Shown here: piece after piece, positions 50,166-63,000 of the stretch | How positions within the stretch are numbered: the stretch's first letter is position 1 | Layout: every line of letters begins with the position of its first letter | Origin: Eledone cirrhosa | Lineage: Eukaryota | Length of the DNA stretch: 64,000 nucleotides | NCBI GenBank assembly: GCA_964016885.1 | Contig: OZ024740.1 | Span: 251,472,001-251,536,000 of the forward strand | Reading direction: 5' to 3' | The notes under the pieces: model-generated | Database searches by the model: none | Seen by the model: only the letters and a program-made list of their open reading frames with translations | What the model was told of the DNA's origin: nothing | Made by a program: the position numbers and the translations under genes

Positions 50166-52900
50166 GAGGCTGGAATTTATCTCCCCTTGGACGGCTAGAA
50201 ATTACCTCTCCTTGGACGGCTGGAAAATATGTCTCCTTGGACGGCTGGAAATTATCTCCCCTTGGACGGCTGGAAATTACCTCTCCTTGGACGGCTGAAA
50301 ATTATCTCCCCTTGGACGGCTGGAAATTATCTCCCCTTGCACTGCTGGAAATTATCTCCCCTTGGACGGCTGGAAATTATCTGCCCTTGATTTTGTTTTT
50401 ACAAATTATCTTCCCCTGATTATTTTTACAAATTATCTCCACCTGATTTTTTAAAAAATTATCTCCCCTTGGACGGCTGGAAATTATCTCCCCTTGGCTG
50501 GAAATTATCTCCCCTTGGACGGCTAGAAATTATCTCTCTTTGGACGGCTGGAAATTATCTCCCCTTGATTTTTTTTACAAATTATCTCCCCCTGATTTTT
50601 TTTACAAATTATCCCCCCATGATTTTTAAAAAAAAAATTATCTCCCCTTCGCTGGCTGGAAATTATCTCCCCTTGGACGCTGGAAATTATAGCCCCTTGG
50701 AGGGCTGGAAATTATCTTCCCTTGGACGGCTGGAAATTATCTCCCCTTGATTTTTTTTACAAATTATCTCCCCCTGATTTTTTTTAACAAATTATCTCCC
50801 CCTGATTTTTTTTTTACAAATTATCTCCGCCTGATTTTTTTAAAAAAATTATCTCCCCTTGGACGGCTGGAAATTATCTCCCCTTGGACGGCTGGAAATT
50901 ATCTCCCGTTGGACGGCTAGAAATTACCTCTCCTTGGACGGCTGAAAATTATCTCCCCTTGGACGGCTGCAAATTATCTCCCCTTGATTTTTTTTACAAA
51001 TTATCCCCCCATGATTTTTAAAAAAAAAATTATCTCCCCTTCGCTGGCTGGAAATTATCTCCCCTTGGACGCTGGAAATTATAGCCCCTTGGAGGGCTGG
51101 AAATTATCTTCCCTTGGACGGCTGGAAATTATCTCCCCTTGATTTTTTTTACAAATTATCTCCGCGTGATTTTTTTAAAAAAATTATCTCCCCTTGGACG
51201 GCTGGAAATTATCTCCCCTTGGACGGCTGGAAATTATCTCGCCTTGGACGGCTAGAAATTACCTCTCCTTGGACGGCTGAAAATTATCTCCCCTTGGACG
51301 GCTGCAAATTATCTCCTCTTGATTTTTTTTACAAATTATCTCCCCCTGATTTTTTTTACAAATTATCTCCCCCTGATTTTTTTTACAAATTATCTCCCCC
51401 TGATTTTTTTTTACAAATTATCTCCCCCTGATTTTTTTTACAAATTATCTCCCCCTGATTTTTTTTACAAATTATCTCCCCCTGATTTTTTTTACAATCT
51501 CCGCCTGATTTTTTAAAAAATTATCTTCCCTTGGCTGGCGGGAAATTATCTCCCCTTGGACGGCTGGAAATTATCTCCCCTTGGACGGCTAGAAATTATC
51601 TCTCTTTGGACGGCTGGAAATTATCTCCCCTTGATTTTTTTTACAAATTATCTCCCCCTGATTTTTTTTACAAATTATCCCCGCATGATTTTTAAAAAAA
51701 AATTATCTCCCCTTCGCTGGCTGGAAATTATCTCCCCTTGGACGCTGGAAATTATAGCCCCTTGGAGGGCTGGAAATTATCTTCCCTTGGACGGCTGGAA
51801 ATTATCTCCCCTTAATTTTTTTTACAAATTATCTCCCCCTGATTTTTTTTTACAAATTATCTCCCCCTGATTTTTTTTTACAAATTATCTCCCCCTGATT
51901 TTTTTTTTTACAAATTATCTCCGCCTGATTTTTAAAAAAAAATTATCTCCCCTTGGACGGCTGGAAATTATCTCCCCTTGGACGGCTGGAAATTATCTCC
52001 CCTTGGACGGCTAGAAATTACCTCTCCTTGGACGGCTGAAAATTATCTCCCCTTGGACGGCTGCAAATTATCTCCCCTTGATTTTTTTTACAAATTATCT
52101 CCCCCTGATTTTTTTTACAAATTATCTCCCCCTGATTTTTTTTACAAATTATCTCCCCCTGATTTTTTTTTACAAATTATCTCCCCCTGATTTTTTTTTA
52201 CAAATTAACTCCCCCTGATTTTTTTTACAAATTATCTCCCCCTGATTTTTTTTACAAATTATCTCCCCCTGATTTTTTTTTACAAATTATCTCCCCTTGA
52301 TTTTTTTTTACAAATTATCTGCCCCTGATTTTTTTTTTACAAATTATCTCCCCCTGATTTTTTTACAAATTATCTCCCCCTGATTTTTTTTACAAATTAT
52401 CTCCCGCTGATTTTTTTTACAAATTATCTCCCCTTGATTTTTTTTTACAAATTATCTCCCCTTGATTTTTTTTTACAAATTATCTCCCCCTGATTTTTTT
52501 TTTACAAATTATCTCCCCCTGATTTTTTTAAAAATTATCTTCCCTTGGCTGGCGGGAAATTATCTCCCCTTGGACGGCTGGAAATTATCTCCCCTTGGAA
52601 GGATGTAAATTATCTCCCCTTGGACGGCTGGAAATTATCTCCCCTTGCACGGCTGGAAATTATCTCCCCTTGATTTTTTTTACAAATTATCTCTTCCTGA
52701 TTTTTTTTTACAAATTATCTCCCCCTGATTTTTTTTTACAAATTATCTCCCCCTGATTTTTTTTACAAATTATCTCCCCCTGATTTTAAAAAAAAAAATT
52801 ATCTCCCCTTCGCTGGCTGGAAATTATCTCCCCTTGGACGCTGGAAATTATAGCCCCTTGGAGGGCTGGAAATTATCTTCCCTTGGACGGCTGGAAATTA

Positions 52901-55900
52901 TCTTCCCTTGGACGGCTGGAAATTATCTCCCCTTGATTTTTTTTACAAATTATCTCCCCCTGATTTTTTTTTACAAATTATCTCCCCCTGATTTTTTTTA
53001 CAAATTATCTACCCCTGATTTTTTTTACAAATTATCTCCCCCTGATTTTTTTTTACAAATTATCTCCCTCTGATTTTTTTTTACAAATTATCTCCCCCTG
53101 ATTTTTTTTTTACAAATTATCTCCCCCTGATTTTTTTACAAATTATCTCCCCCTGATTTTTTTTACAATCTCCGCCTGATTTTTTAAAAAATTATCTTCC
53201 CTTGGCTGGCGGGAAATTATCTCCCCTTGGACGGCTGGAAATTATCTCCCCTTGGACGGCTAGAAATTATCTCTCTTTGGACGGCTGCAAATTATCTCCC
53301 CTTGATTTTTTTTACAAATTATCTCCCCCTGATTTTTTTACAAATTATCCCCGCATGATTTTTAAAAAAAAAATTATCTCCCCTTCGCTGGCTGGAAATT
53401 ATCTCCCCTTGGACGCTGGAAATTATAGCCCCTTGGAGGGCTGGAAATTATCTTCCCTTGGACGGCTGGAAATTATCTCCCCTTGATTTTTTTTACAAAT
53501 TATCTCCCCCTGATTTTTTTTTACAAATTATCTCCCCCTGATTTTTTTTTACAAATTATCTCCCCCTGATTTTTTTTTTTACAAATTATCTCCGCCTGAT
53601 TTTAAAAAAAAAATTATCTCCCCTTGGACGGCTGGAAATTATCTCCCCTTGGACGGCTGGAAATTATCTCCCCTTGGACGGCTAGAAATTACCTCTCCTT
53701 GGACGGCTGAAAATTATCTCCCCTTGGACGGCTGCAAATTATCTCCCCTTGATTTTTTTTACAAATTATCTCCCCCTGATTTTTTTTACAAATTATCTCC
53801 CCCTGATTTTTTTTACAAATTATCTCCCCCTGATTTTTTTTTACAAATTATCTCCCCCTGATTTTTTTTTACAAATTATCTCCCCCTGATTTTTTTTACA
53901 AATTATCTCCCCCTGATTTTTTTTACAAATTATCTCCCCCTGATTTTTTTTTACAAATTATCTCCCCTTGATTTTTTTTTACAAATTATCTCCCCCTGAT
54001 TTTTTTTTTACAAATTATCTCCCCCTGATTTTTTTACAAATTATCTCCCCCTGATTTTTTTTACAAATTATCTCCCCCTGATTTTTTTTACAAATTATCT
54101 CCCCTTGATTTTTTTTTACAAATTATCTCCCCCTGATTTTTTTTTTACAAATTATCTCCCCCTGATTTTTTTAAAAATTATCTTCCCTTGGCTGGCGGGA
54201 AATTATCTCCCCTTGGACGGCTGGAAATTATCTCCCCTTGGAAGGATGTAAATTATCTCCCCTTGGACGGCTGGAAATTATCTCCCCTTGCACGGCTGGA
54301 AATTATCTCCCCTTGATTTTTTTTACAAATTATCTCCCCCTGATTTTTTTTTACAAATTATCTCCCCCTGATTTTTTTTTACAAATTATCTCCCCCTGAT
54401 TTTTTTTACAAATTATCTCCCCCTGATTTAAAAAAAAAAAATTATCTCCCCTTCGCTGGCTGGAAATTATCTCCCCTTGGACGCTGGAAATTATAGCCCC
54501 TTGGAGGGCTGGAAATTATCTTCCCTTGGACGGCTGGAAATTATCTTCCCTTGGACGGCTGGAAATTATCTCCCCTTGATTTTTTTTACAAATTATCTCC
54601 CCCTGATTTTTTTTTACAAATTATCTCCCCCTGATTTTTTTTTACAAATTATCTCCCCCTGATTTTTTTTTTACAAATTATCTCCGCTTGATTTTTTAAA
54701 AAAAATTATCTCCCCTTGGACGGTTGGAAATTATCTCCCCTTGGACGGCTAGAAATTATCTCTCCTTGGACGGCTGAAAATTATCTCCCCTTGGACGGCT
54801 GCAAATTATCTCCCCTTGATTTTTTTTACAAATTATCTCCCCCTGATTTTTTTTTACAAATTATCTCCCCCTGATTTTTTTTTACAAATTATCTCCCCTT
54901 GATTTTTTTTTACAAATTATCTCCCCCTGATTTTTTTTTTACAAATTATCTCCCCCTGATTTTTTTACAAATTATCTCCCCCTGATTTTTTTTACAAATT
55001 ATCTCCCCCTGATTTTTTTTACAAATTATCTCCCCTTGATTTTTTTTTACAAATTATCTCCCCCTGATTTTTTTTTTACAAATTATCTCCCCCTGATTTT
55101 TTTAAAAATTATCTTCCCTAGGCTGGCGGGAAATTATCTCCCCTTGGACGGCTGGAAATTATCTCCCCTTGGAAGGATGTAAATTATCTCCCCTTGGACG
55201 GCTGGAAATTATCTCCCCTTGCACGGCTGGAAATTATCTCCCCTTGATTTTTTTTACAAATTATCTCCCCCTGATTTTTTTTTACAAATTATCTCCCCCT
55301 GATTTTTTTTTACAAATTATCTCACCCTGATTTTTTTTACAAATTATCTCCCCCTGATTTAAAAAAAAAAAATTATCTCCCGTTCGCTGGCTGGAAATTA
55401 TCTCCCCTTGGACGCTGGAAATTATAGCCCCTTGGAGGGCTGGAAATTATCTTCCCTTGGACGGCTGGAAATTATCTTCCCTTGGACGGCTGGAAATTAT
55501 CTCCCCTTGATTTTTTTTTCCAAATTATCTCCCCCTGATTTTTTTTTACAAATTATCTCCCCCTGATTTTTTTTTACAAATTATCTCCCCCTGATTTTTT
55601 TTTTACAAATTATCTCCGCTTGATTTTTTAAAAAAAATTATCTCCCCTTGGACGGCTGGAAATTATCTCCCCTTGGACGGCTGGAAATTATCTCCCCTTG
55701 GACGGCTAGAAATTATCTCTCCTTGGACGGCTGAAAATTATCTCCCCTTGGACGGCTGCAAATTATCTCCCCTTTATTTTTTTTACAAATTATCTCCCCC
55801 TGATTTTTTTTTACAAATTATCTCCCCCTCATTTTTTTACAAATTATCTACCCCTGATTTTTTTTACAAATTATCTCCCCCTGATTTTTTTTTACAAATT

Positions 55901-58900
55901 ATCTCCCTCTGATTTTTTTTACAAATTATCTCCCCCTGATTTTTTTTTTACAAATTATCTCCCCCTGATTTTTTTAAAAATTATCTCCCCCTGATTTTTT
56001 TACAATCTCCGCCTGATTTTTTTAAAAATTATCTTCCCTTGGCTGGCGGGAAATTATCTCCCCTTGGACGGCTGGAAATTATCTCCCCTTGGAAGGATGG
56101 AAATTATCTCCCCTTGGACGGCTGGATATTATCTCCCCTTGCACGGCTGGAAATTATCTCCCCTTGGCTGGAAATTATCTCCCCTTGGACGGCTAGAAAT
56201 TATCTCTCTTTGGACGGCTGGAAATTATCTCCCTTTGATTTTTTTTACAAATTATCTCCCTCTGATATTTTTTACAAATCTCCCCCTGATTTTTTAAAAA
56301 AAATTATCTCCCCTTCGCTGGCTGGAAATTATCTCCCCTTGGACACTGGAAATTATAGCCCCTTGGAGGGCTGGAAATTATCTTCCCTTGGACGGCTGGA
56401 AATTATCTCCCCTTGATTTTTTTTACAAATTATCTCCGCCTGATTTTTTTTAAAAATTATCTCTCCTTGGACGGCTGGAAATTATCTCCCCTTGATTTTT
56501 TTTACAAATTATCTCCCCCTGATTTTTTTTACAAATTATCTACCACTGATTTTTTTTACAAATTATCTCCCCCTGATTTTTTTTACAAATTATCTCCCCC
56601 TGATTTTTCTTTTACAAATTATCTCCCCCTGATTTTTTTACAAATTATCTCCCCCTGATTTTTTTTACAAATTATCTCCGCCTGATTTTTTTAAATATTA
56701 TCTTCCCTTGGCTGGCGGGAAATTATCTCCCCTTGGACGGCTGGAAATTATCTGCCCTTGATTTTGTTTTTACAAATTATCTTCCACTGATTTTTTTTAC
56801 AAATTATCTCCACCTGATTTTTTAAAAAATTATCTCCCCTTGGAAGGCTGGAAATTATCTCCCCTTGGACGGCTAGAAATTATCTCTCTTTGGACGGCTG
56901 GAAATTATCTCCCCTTGATTTTTTTTACAAATTATCTCCCCCTGATTTTTTTTACAAATATCCCAGTGATTTTTTTTAAAAAATTATCTCCCCTTCGCTG
57001 GCTGGAAATTATCTCCCCTTGGACGCTGGAAATTATAGCCCCTTGGAGGGCTGGAAATTATCTTCCCTTGGACGGCTGGAAATTATCTCCCCTTGATTTT
57101 TTTTACAAATTATCTCCCCCTGATTTTTTTTACAAATTATCTCCCCCTGATTTTTTTTTACAAATTATCTCCCCCTGATTTTTTTTACAACTTATCTCCG
57201 CCTGATTTTTTTTAAAAAATCATCTCCCCTTGGACGGCTGGAAATTATCTCCCCTTGGACGGCTGGAAATTATCTCTCCTTGGACGGCTAGAAATTACCT
57301 CTCCTTGGACAATTGAAAATTATCTCCCCTTGGACGGCTGGAAATTATCTCCCCTTGATTTTTTTTACAAATTATCTCCCCCTGATTTTTTTTACAAATT
57401 ATCTCCCCTGATTTTTTTTTACAAATTATCTCCCCCTGATTTTTTTTTACAAATTATCTCCCCCTGATTTTTTTTACAAATTATCTCCCCCTGATTTTTT
57501 TACAAATTATCTCCCCTTGGCTGGCTGGAAATTATCTCCCCTTGGAGGCAGGAATTTATCTCCCCTTGGACGGCTAGAAATTACCTCTCCTTGGACGGCT
57601 GGAAAATATGTCTCCTTGGACGGCTGGAAATTATCTCCCCTTGGACGGCTGGAAATTATCTCCCCTTGGACGGCTGGAAATTATCTCCCCTTGGACGGCT
57701 AGAAATTACCTCTCCTTGGACGGCTGAAAATTATCTCCCCTTGGACGGCTGGAAATTATCTCCCCTTGATTTTTTTACAAATTATCTCCCCCTGATTTTT
57801 TTTTACAAATTATCTCCCCCTGATTTTTTTTACAAATTATCTCCCCCTGATTTTTTTTACAAATTATCTCCCCCTGATTTTTTTTACAAATTATCTCCGC
57901 CTGATTTTTTTAAATATTATCTCTCCTTGGCTGGCGGGAAATTATCTCCCCTTGGACGGCTGCAAATTATCTCCGCTTGATTTTTTTTACAAATTATCTC
58001 CCCCTGATTTTTTTTTACAAATTATCTCCCCCTGATTTTTTTTACAAATTATCTCCCCCTGATTTTTTTTACAAATTATCTCCCCCTGATTTTTTTTTAC
58101 AAATTATCTCCCCTTGATTTTTTTTTACAAATTATCTCCCCCTGATTTTTTTTTTACAAATTATCTCCCCCTGATTTTTTTACAAATTATCTCCCCCTGA
58201 TTTTTTTTACAAATTATCTCCCCCTGATTTTTTTTACAAATTATCTCCCCTTGATTTTTTTTTACAAATTATCTCCCCCTGATTTTTTTTTTACAAATTA
58301 TCTCCCCCTGATTTTTTTAAAAATTATCTTCCCTTGGCTGGCGGGAAATTATCTCCCCTTGGACGGCTGGAAATTATCTCCCCTTGGAAGGATGTAAATT
58401 ATCTCCCCTTGGACGGCTGGAAATTATCTCCCCTTGCACGGCTGGAAATTATCTCCCCTTGATTTTTTTTACAAATTATCTCCCCCTGATTTTTTTTTAC
58501 AAATTATCTCCCCCTGATTTTTTTTTACAAATTATCTCCCCCTGATTTTTTTTACAAATTATCTCCCCCTGATTTTTAAAAAAAAAATTATCTCCCCTTC
58601 GCTGGCTGGAAATTATCTCCCCTTGGACGCTGGAAATTATAGCCCCTTGGAGGGCTGGAAATTATCTTCCCTTGGACGGCTGGAAATTATCTCCCCTTGA
58701 TTTTTTTTACAAATTATCTCCCCCTGATTTTTTTTTACAAATTATCTCCCCCTGATTTTTTTTTACAAATTATCTCCCCCTGATTTTTTTTTTACAAATT
58801 ATCTCCGCTTGATTTTTTAAAAAAAATTATCTCCCCTTGGACGGCTGGAAATTATCTCCCCGTGGACGGCTGGAAATTATCTCCCCTTGGACGGCTAGAA

Positions 58901-59740
58901 ATTATCTCTCCTTGGACGGCTGAAAATTATCTCCCCTTGGACGGCTGCAAATTATCTCCCCTTGATTTTTTTTACAAATTATCTCCCCCTGATTTCTTTT
59001 TACAAATTATCTCCCCCTGATTTTTTTTACAAATTATCTACCCCTGATTTTTTTTACAAATTATCTCTCCCTGATTTTTTTTACAAATTATCTCCCTCTG
59101 ATTTTTTTTTACAAATTATCTCCCCCTGATTTTTTTTTTACAAATTATCTCCCCCTGATTTTTTTACAAATTATCTCCCCCTGATTTTTTTTACAATCTC
59201 CGCCTGATTTTTTAAAAAATTATCTTCCCTTGGCTGGCGGGAAATTATCTCCCCTTGGACGGCTGGAAATTATCTCCCCTTGGACGGCTAGAAATTATCT
59301 CTCTTTGGACGGCTGGAAATTATCTCCCCTTGATTTTTTTTACAAATTATCTCCCCCTGATTTTTTTTACAAATTATCCCCGCATGATTTAAAAAAAAAA
59401 AATTATCTCCCCTTCGCTGGCTGGAAATTATCTCCCCTTGGACGCTGGAAATTATAGCCCCTTGGAGGGCTGGAAATTATCTTCCCTTGGACGGCTGGAA
59501 ATTATCTCCCCTTGATTTTTTTTACAAATTATCTCCCCCTGATTTTTTTTTACAAATTATCTCCCCCTGATTTTTTTTTACAAATTATCTCCCCCTGATT
59601 TTTTTTTTACAAATTATCTCCGCTTGATTTTTTAAAAAAAATTATCTCCCCTTGGACGGCTGGAAATTATCTCCCCTTGGACGGCTGGAAATTATCTCTC
59701 CTTGGACGGCTAGAAATTATCTCTCCTTGGACGGCTGAAA
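52901..59740 (+). repeat. Long-range copy of window positions ~1-9870 (offset 52,900, then ~49,905)
   Basis: ORF pairs 302/53202 and 749/53649 (52900); 4572/54477, 5768/55673, 6134/56039, 6508/56413, 6935/56840 (49905); 7351/57255, 7613/57517 (49904); 9350/59230 (49880). Shared private variants: CTCTTTGGACGGCTGCAA, GGACGGTTGG, CCCTAGGCTG, TCTCCCGTTCG. Confidence 0.92.
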
Positions 59741-60029
59741 ATTATCTCCCCTTGGACGGCTGCAAATTATCTCCCCTTGATTTTTTTTACAAATTATCTC
59801 CCCCTGATTTTTTTTTACAAATTATCTCCCCCTGATTTTTTTTTACAAATTATCTCCCCTTGATTTTTTTTTACAAATTATCTCCCCCTGATTTTTTTTT
59901 TACAAATTATCTCCCCCTGATTTTTTTACAAATTATCTCCCCCTGATTTTTTTTACAAATTATCTCCCCCTGATTTTTTTTACAAATTATCTCCCCTTGA
60001 TTTTTTTTTACAAATTATCTCCCCCTGAT

Positions 60030-63000
60030 TTTTTTTTACAAATTATCTCCCCCTGATTTTTTTTACAAATTATCTCCCCCTGATTTTAAAAAAAAAAATT
60101 ATCTCCCCTTCGCTGGCTGGAAATTATCTCCCCTTGGACGCTGGAAATTATAGCCCCTTGGAGGGCTGGAAATTATCTTCCCTTGGACGGCTGGAAATTA
60201 TCTTCCCTTGGACGGCTGGAAATTATCTCCCCTTGATTTTTTTTACAAATTATCTCCCCCTGATTTTTTTTTACAAATTATCTCCCCCTGATTTTTTTTT
60301 ACAAATTATCTCCCCCTGATTTTTTTTTTACAAATTATCTCCGCTTGATTTTTTAAAAAAAATTATCTCCCCTTGGACGGCTGGAAATTATCTCCCCTTG
60401 GACGGCTGGAAATTATCTCCCCTTGGACGGCTAGAAATTATCTCTCCTTGGACGGCTGAAAATTATCTCCCCTTGGACGGCTGCAAATTATCTCCCCTTG
60501 ATTTTTTTTACAAATTATCTCCCCCTGATTTTTTTTTACAAATTATCTCCCCCTGATTTTTTTTTACAAATTATCTACCCCTGATTTTTTTTACAAATTA
60601 TCTCCCCCTGATTTTTTTTACAAATTATCTCCCCCTGATTTTTCTTTTACAAATTATCTCCCCCTGATTTTTTTACAAATTATCTCCCCCTGATTTTTTT
60701 TACAAATTATCTCCGCCTGATTTTTTTAAATATTATCTTCCCTTGGCTGGCGGGAAATTATCTCCCCTTGGACGGCTGGAAATTATCTGCCCTTGATTTT
60801 GTTTTTACAAATTATCTTCCACTGATTTTTTTTACAAATTATCTCCACCTGATTTTTTAAAAAATTATCTCCCCTTGGAAGGCTGGAAATTATCTCCCCT
60901 TGGACGGCTAGAAATTATCTCTCTTTGGACGGCTGGAAATTATCTCCCCTTGATTTTTTTTACAAATTATCTCCCCCTGATTTTCTTTACAAATATCCCA
61001 GTGATTTTTTTAAAAAAATTATCTCCCCTTCGCTGGCTGGAAATTATCTCCCCTTGGACGCTGGAAATTATAGCCCCTTGGAGGGCTGGAAATTATCTTC
61101 CCTTGGACGGCTGGAAATTATCTCCCCTTGATTTTTTTTACAAATTATCTCCCCCTGATTTTTTTTTACAAATTATCTCCCCCTGATTTTTTTTTACAAA
61201 TTATCTCCCCCTGATTTTTTTTTACAACTTATCTCCGCCTGATTTTTTTTAAAAAATCATCTCCCCTTGGACGGCTGGAAATTATCTCCCCTTGGACGGC
61301 TGGAAATTATCTCTCCTTGGACGGCTAGAAATTACCTCTCCTTGGACGGCTGAAAATTATCTCCCCTTGGACGGCTGGAAATTATCTCCCCTTGATTTTT
61401 TTACAAATTATCTTCCCCTGATTTTTTTTACAAATTATCTCCCCTGATTTTTTTTTACAAATTATCTCCCCCTGATTTTTTTTTACAAATTATCTCCCCC
61501 TGATTTTTTTTACAAATTATCTCCCCCTGATTTTTTTACAAATTATCTCCCCTTGGCTGGCTGGAAATTATCTCCCCTTGGAGGCAGGAATTTATCTCCC
61601 CTTGGACGGCTAGAAATTACCTCTCCTTGGACGGCTGGAAAATATGTCTCCTTGGACGGCTGGAAATTATCTCCCCTTGGACGGCTGGAAATTATCTCCC
61701 CTTGGACGGCTGGAAATTATCTCCCCTTGGACGGCTAGAAATTACCTCTCCTTGGACGGCTGAAAATTATCTCCCCTTGGACGGCTGGAAATTATCTCCC
61801 CTTGATTTTTTTACAAATTATCTCCCCCTGATTTTTTTTTACAAATTATCTCCCCCTGATTTTTTTTTACAAATTATCTCCCACTGATTTTTTTTTACAA
61901 ATTATCTCCCCCTGATTTTTTTTTACAAATTATCTCCGCCTGATTTTTTTAAAAAAATTGTCTCCCCTTGGACGGCTGGAAATTATCTCCCCTTGGACGG
62001 CTGGAAATTATCTCCCCTTGGACGGCTAGAAATTACCTCTCCTTGGACGGCTGAAAATTATCTCCCCTTGGACGGCTGCAAATTATCTCCCCTTGATTTT
62101 TTTTACAAATTATCTCCCCCTGATTTTTTTTACAAATTATCTCCCCCTGATTTTTTTTACAAATTATCTCCCCCTGATTTTTAAAAAAAAAATTATCTCC
62201 CCTTCGCTGGCTGGAAATTATCTCCCCTTGGACGCTGGAAATTATAGCCCCTTGGAGGGCTGGAAATTATCTTCCCTTGGACGGCTGGAAATTATCTTCC
62301 CTTGGACGGCTGGAAATTATCTCCCCTTGATTTTTTTTACAAATTATCTCCCCCTGATTTTTTTTTACAAATTATCTCCCCCTGATTTTTTTTTACAAAT
62401 TATCTCCCCCTGATTTTTTTTTTACAAATTATCTCCGCTTGATTTTTTAAAAAAAATTATCTCCCCTTGGACGGCTGGAAATTATCTCCCCTTGGACGGC
62501 TGGAAATTATCTCCCCTTGGACGGCTAGAAATTATCTCTCCTTGGACGGCTGAAAATTATCTCCCCTTGGACGGCTGCAAATTATCTCCCCTTGATTTTT
62601 TTTACAAATTATCTCCCCCTGATTTTTTTTTACAAATTATCTCCCCCTGATTTTTTTTTACAAATTATCTACCCCTGATTTTTTTTACAAATTATCTCCC
62701 CCTGATTTTTTTTACAAATTATCTCCCCCTGATTTTTCTTTTACAAATTATCTCCCCCTGATTTTTTTACAAATTATCTCCCCCTGATTTTTTTTACAAA
62801 TTATCTCCGCCTGATTTTTTTAAATATTATCTTCCCTTGGCTGGCGGGAAATTATCTCCCCTTGGACGGCTGGAAATTATCTGCCCTTGATTTTTCTTTT
62901 ACAAATTATCTTCCACTGATTTTTTATACAAATTATCTCCACCTGATTTTTTAAAAAATTATCTCCCCTTGGAAGGCTGGAAATTATCTCCCCTTGGACG

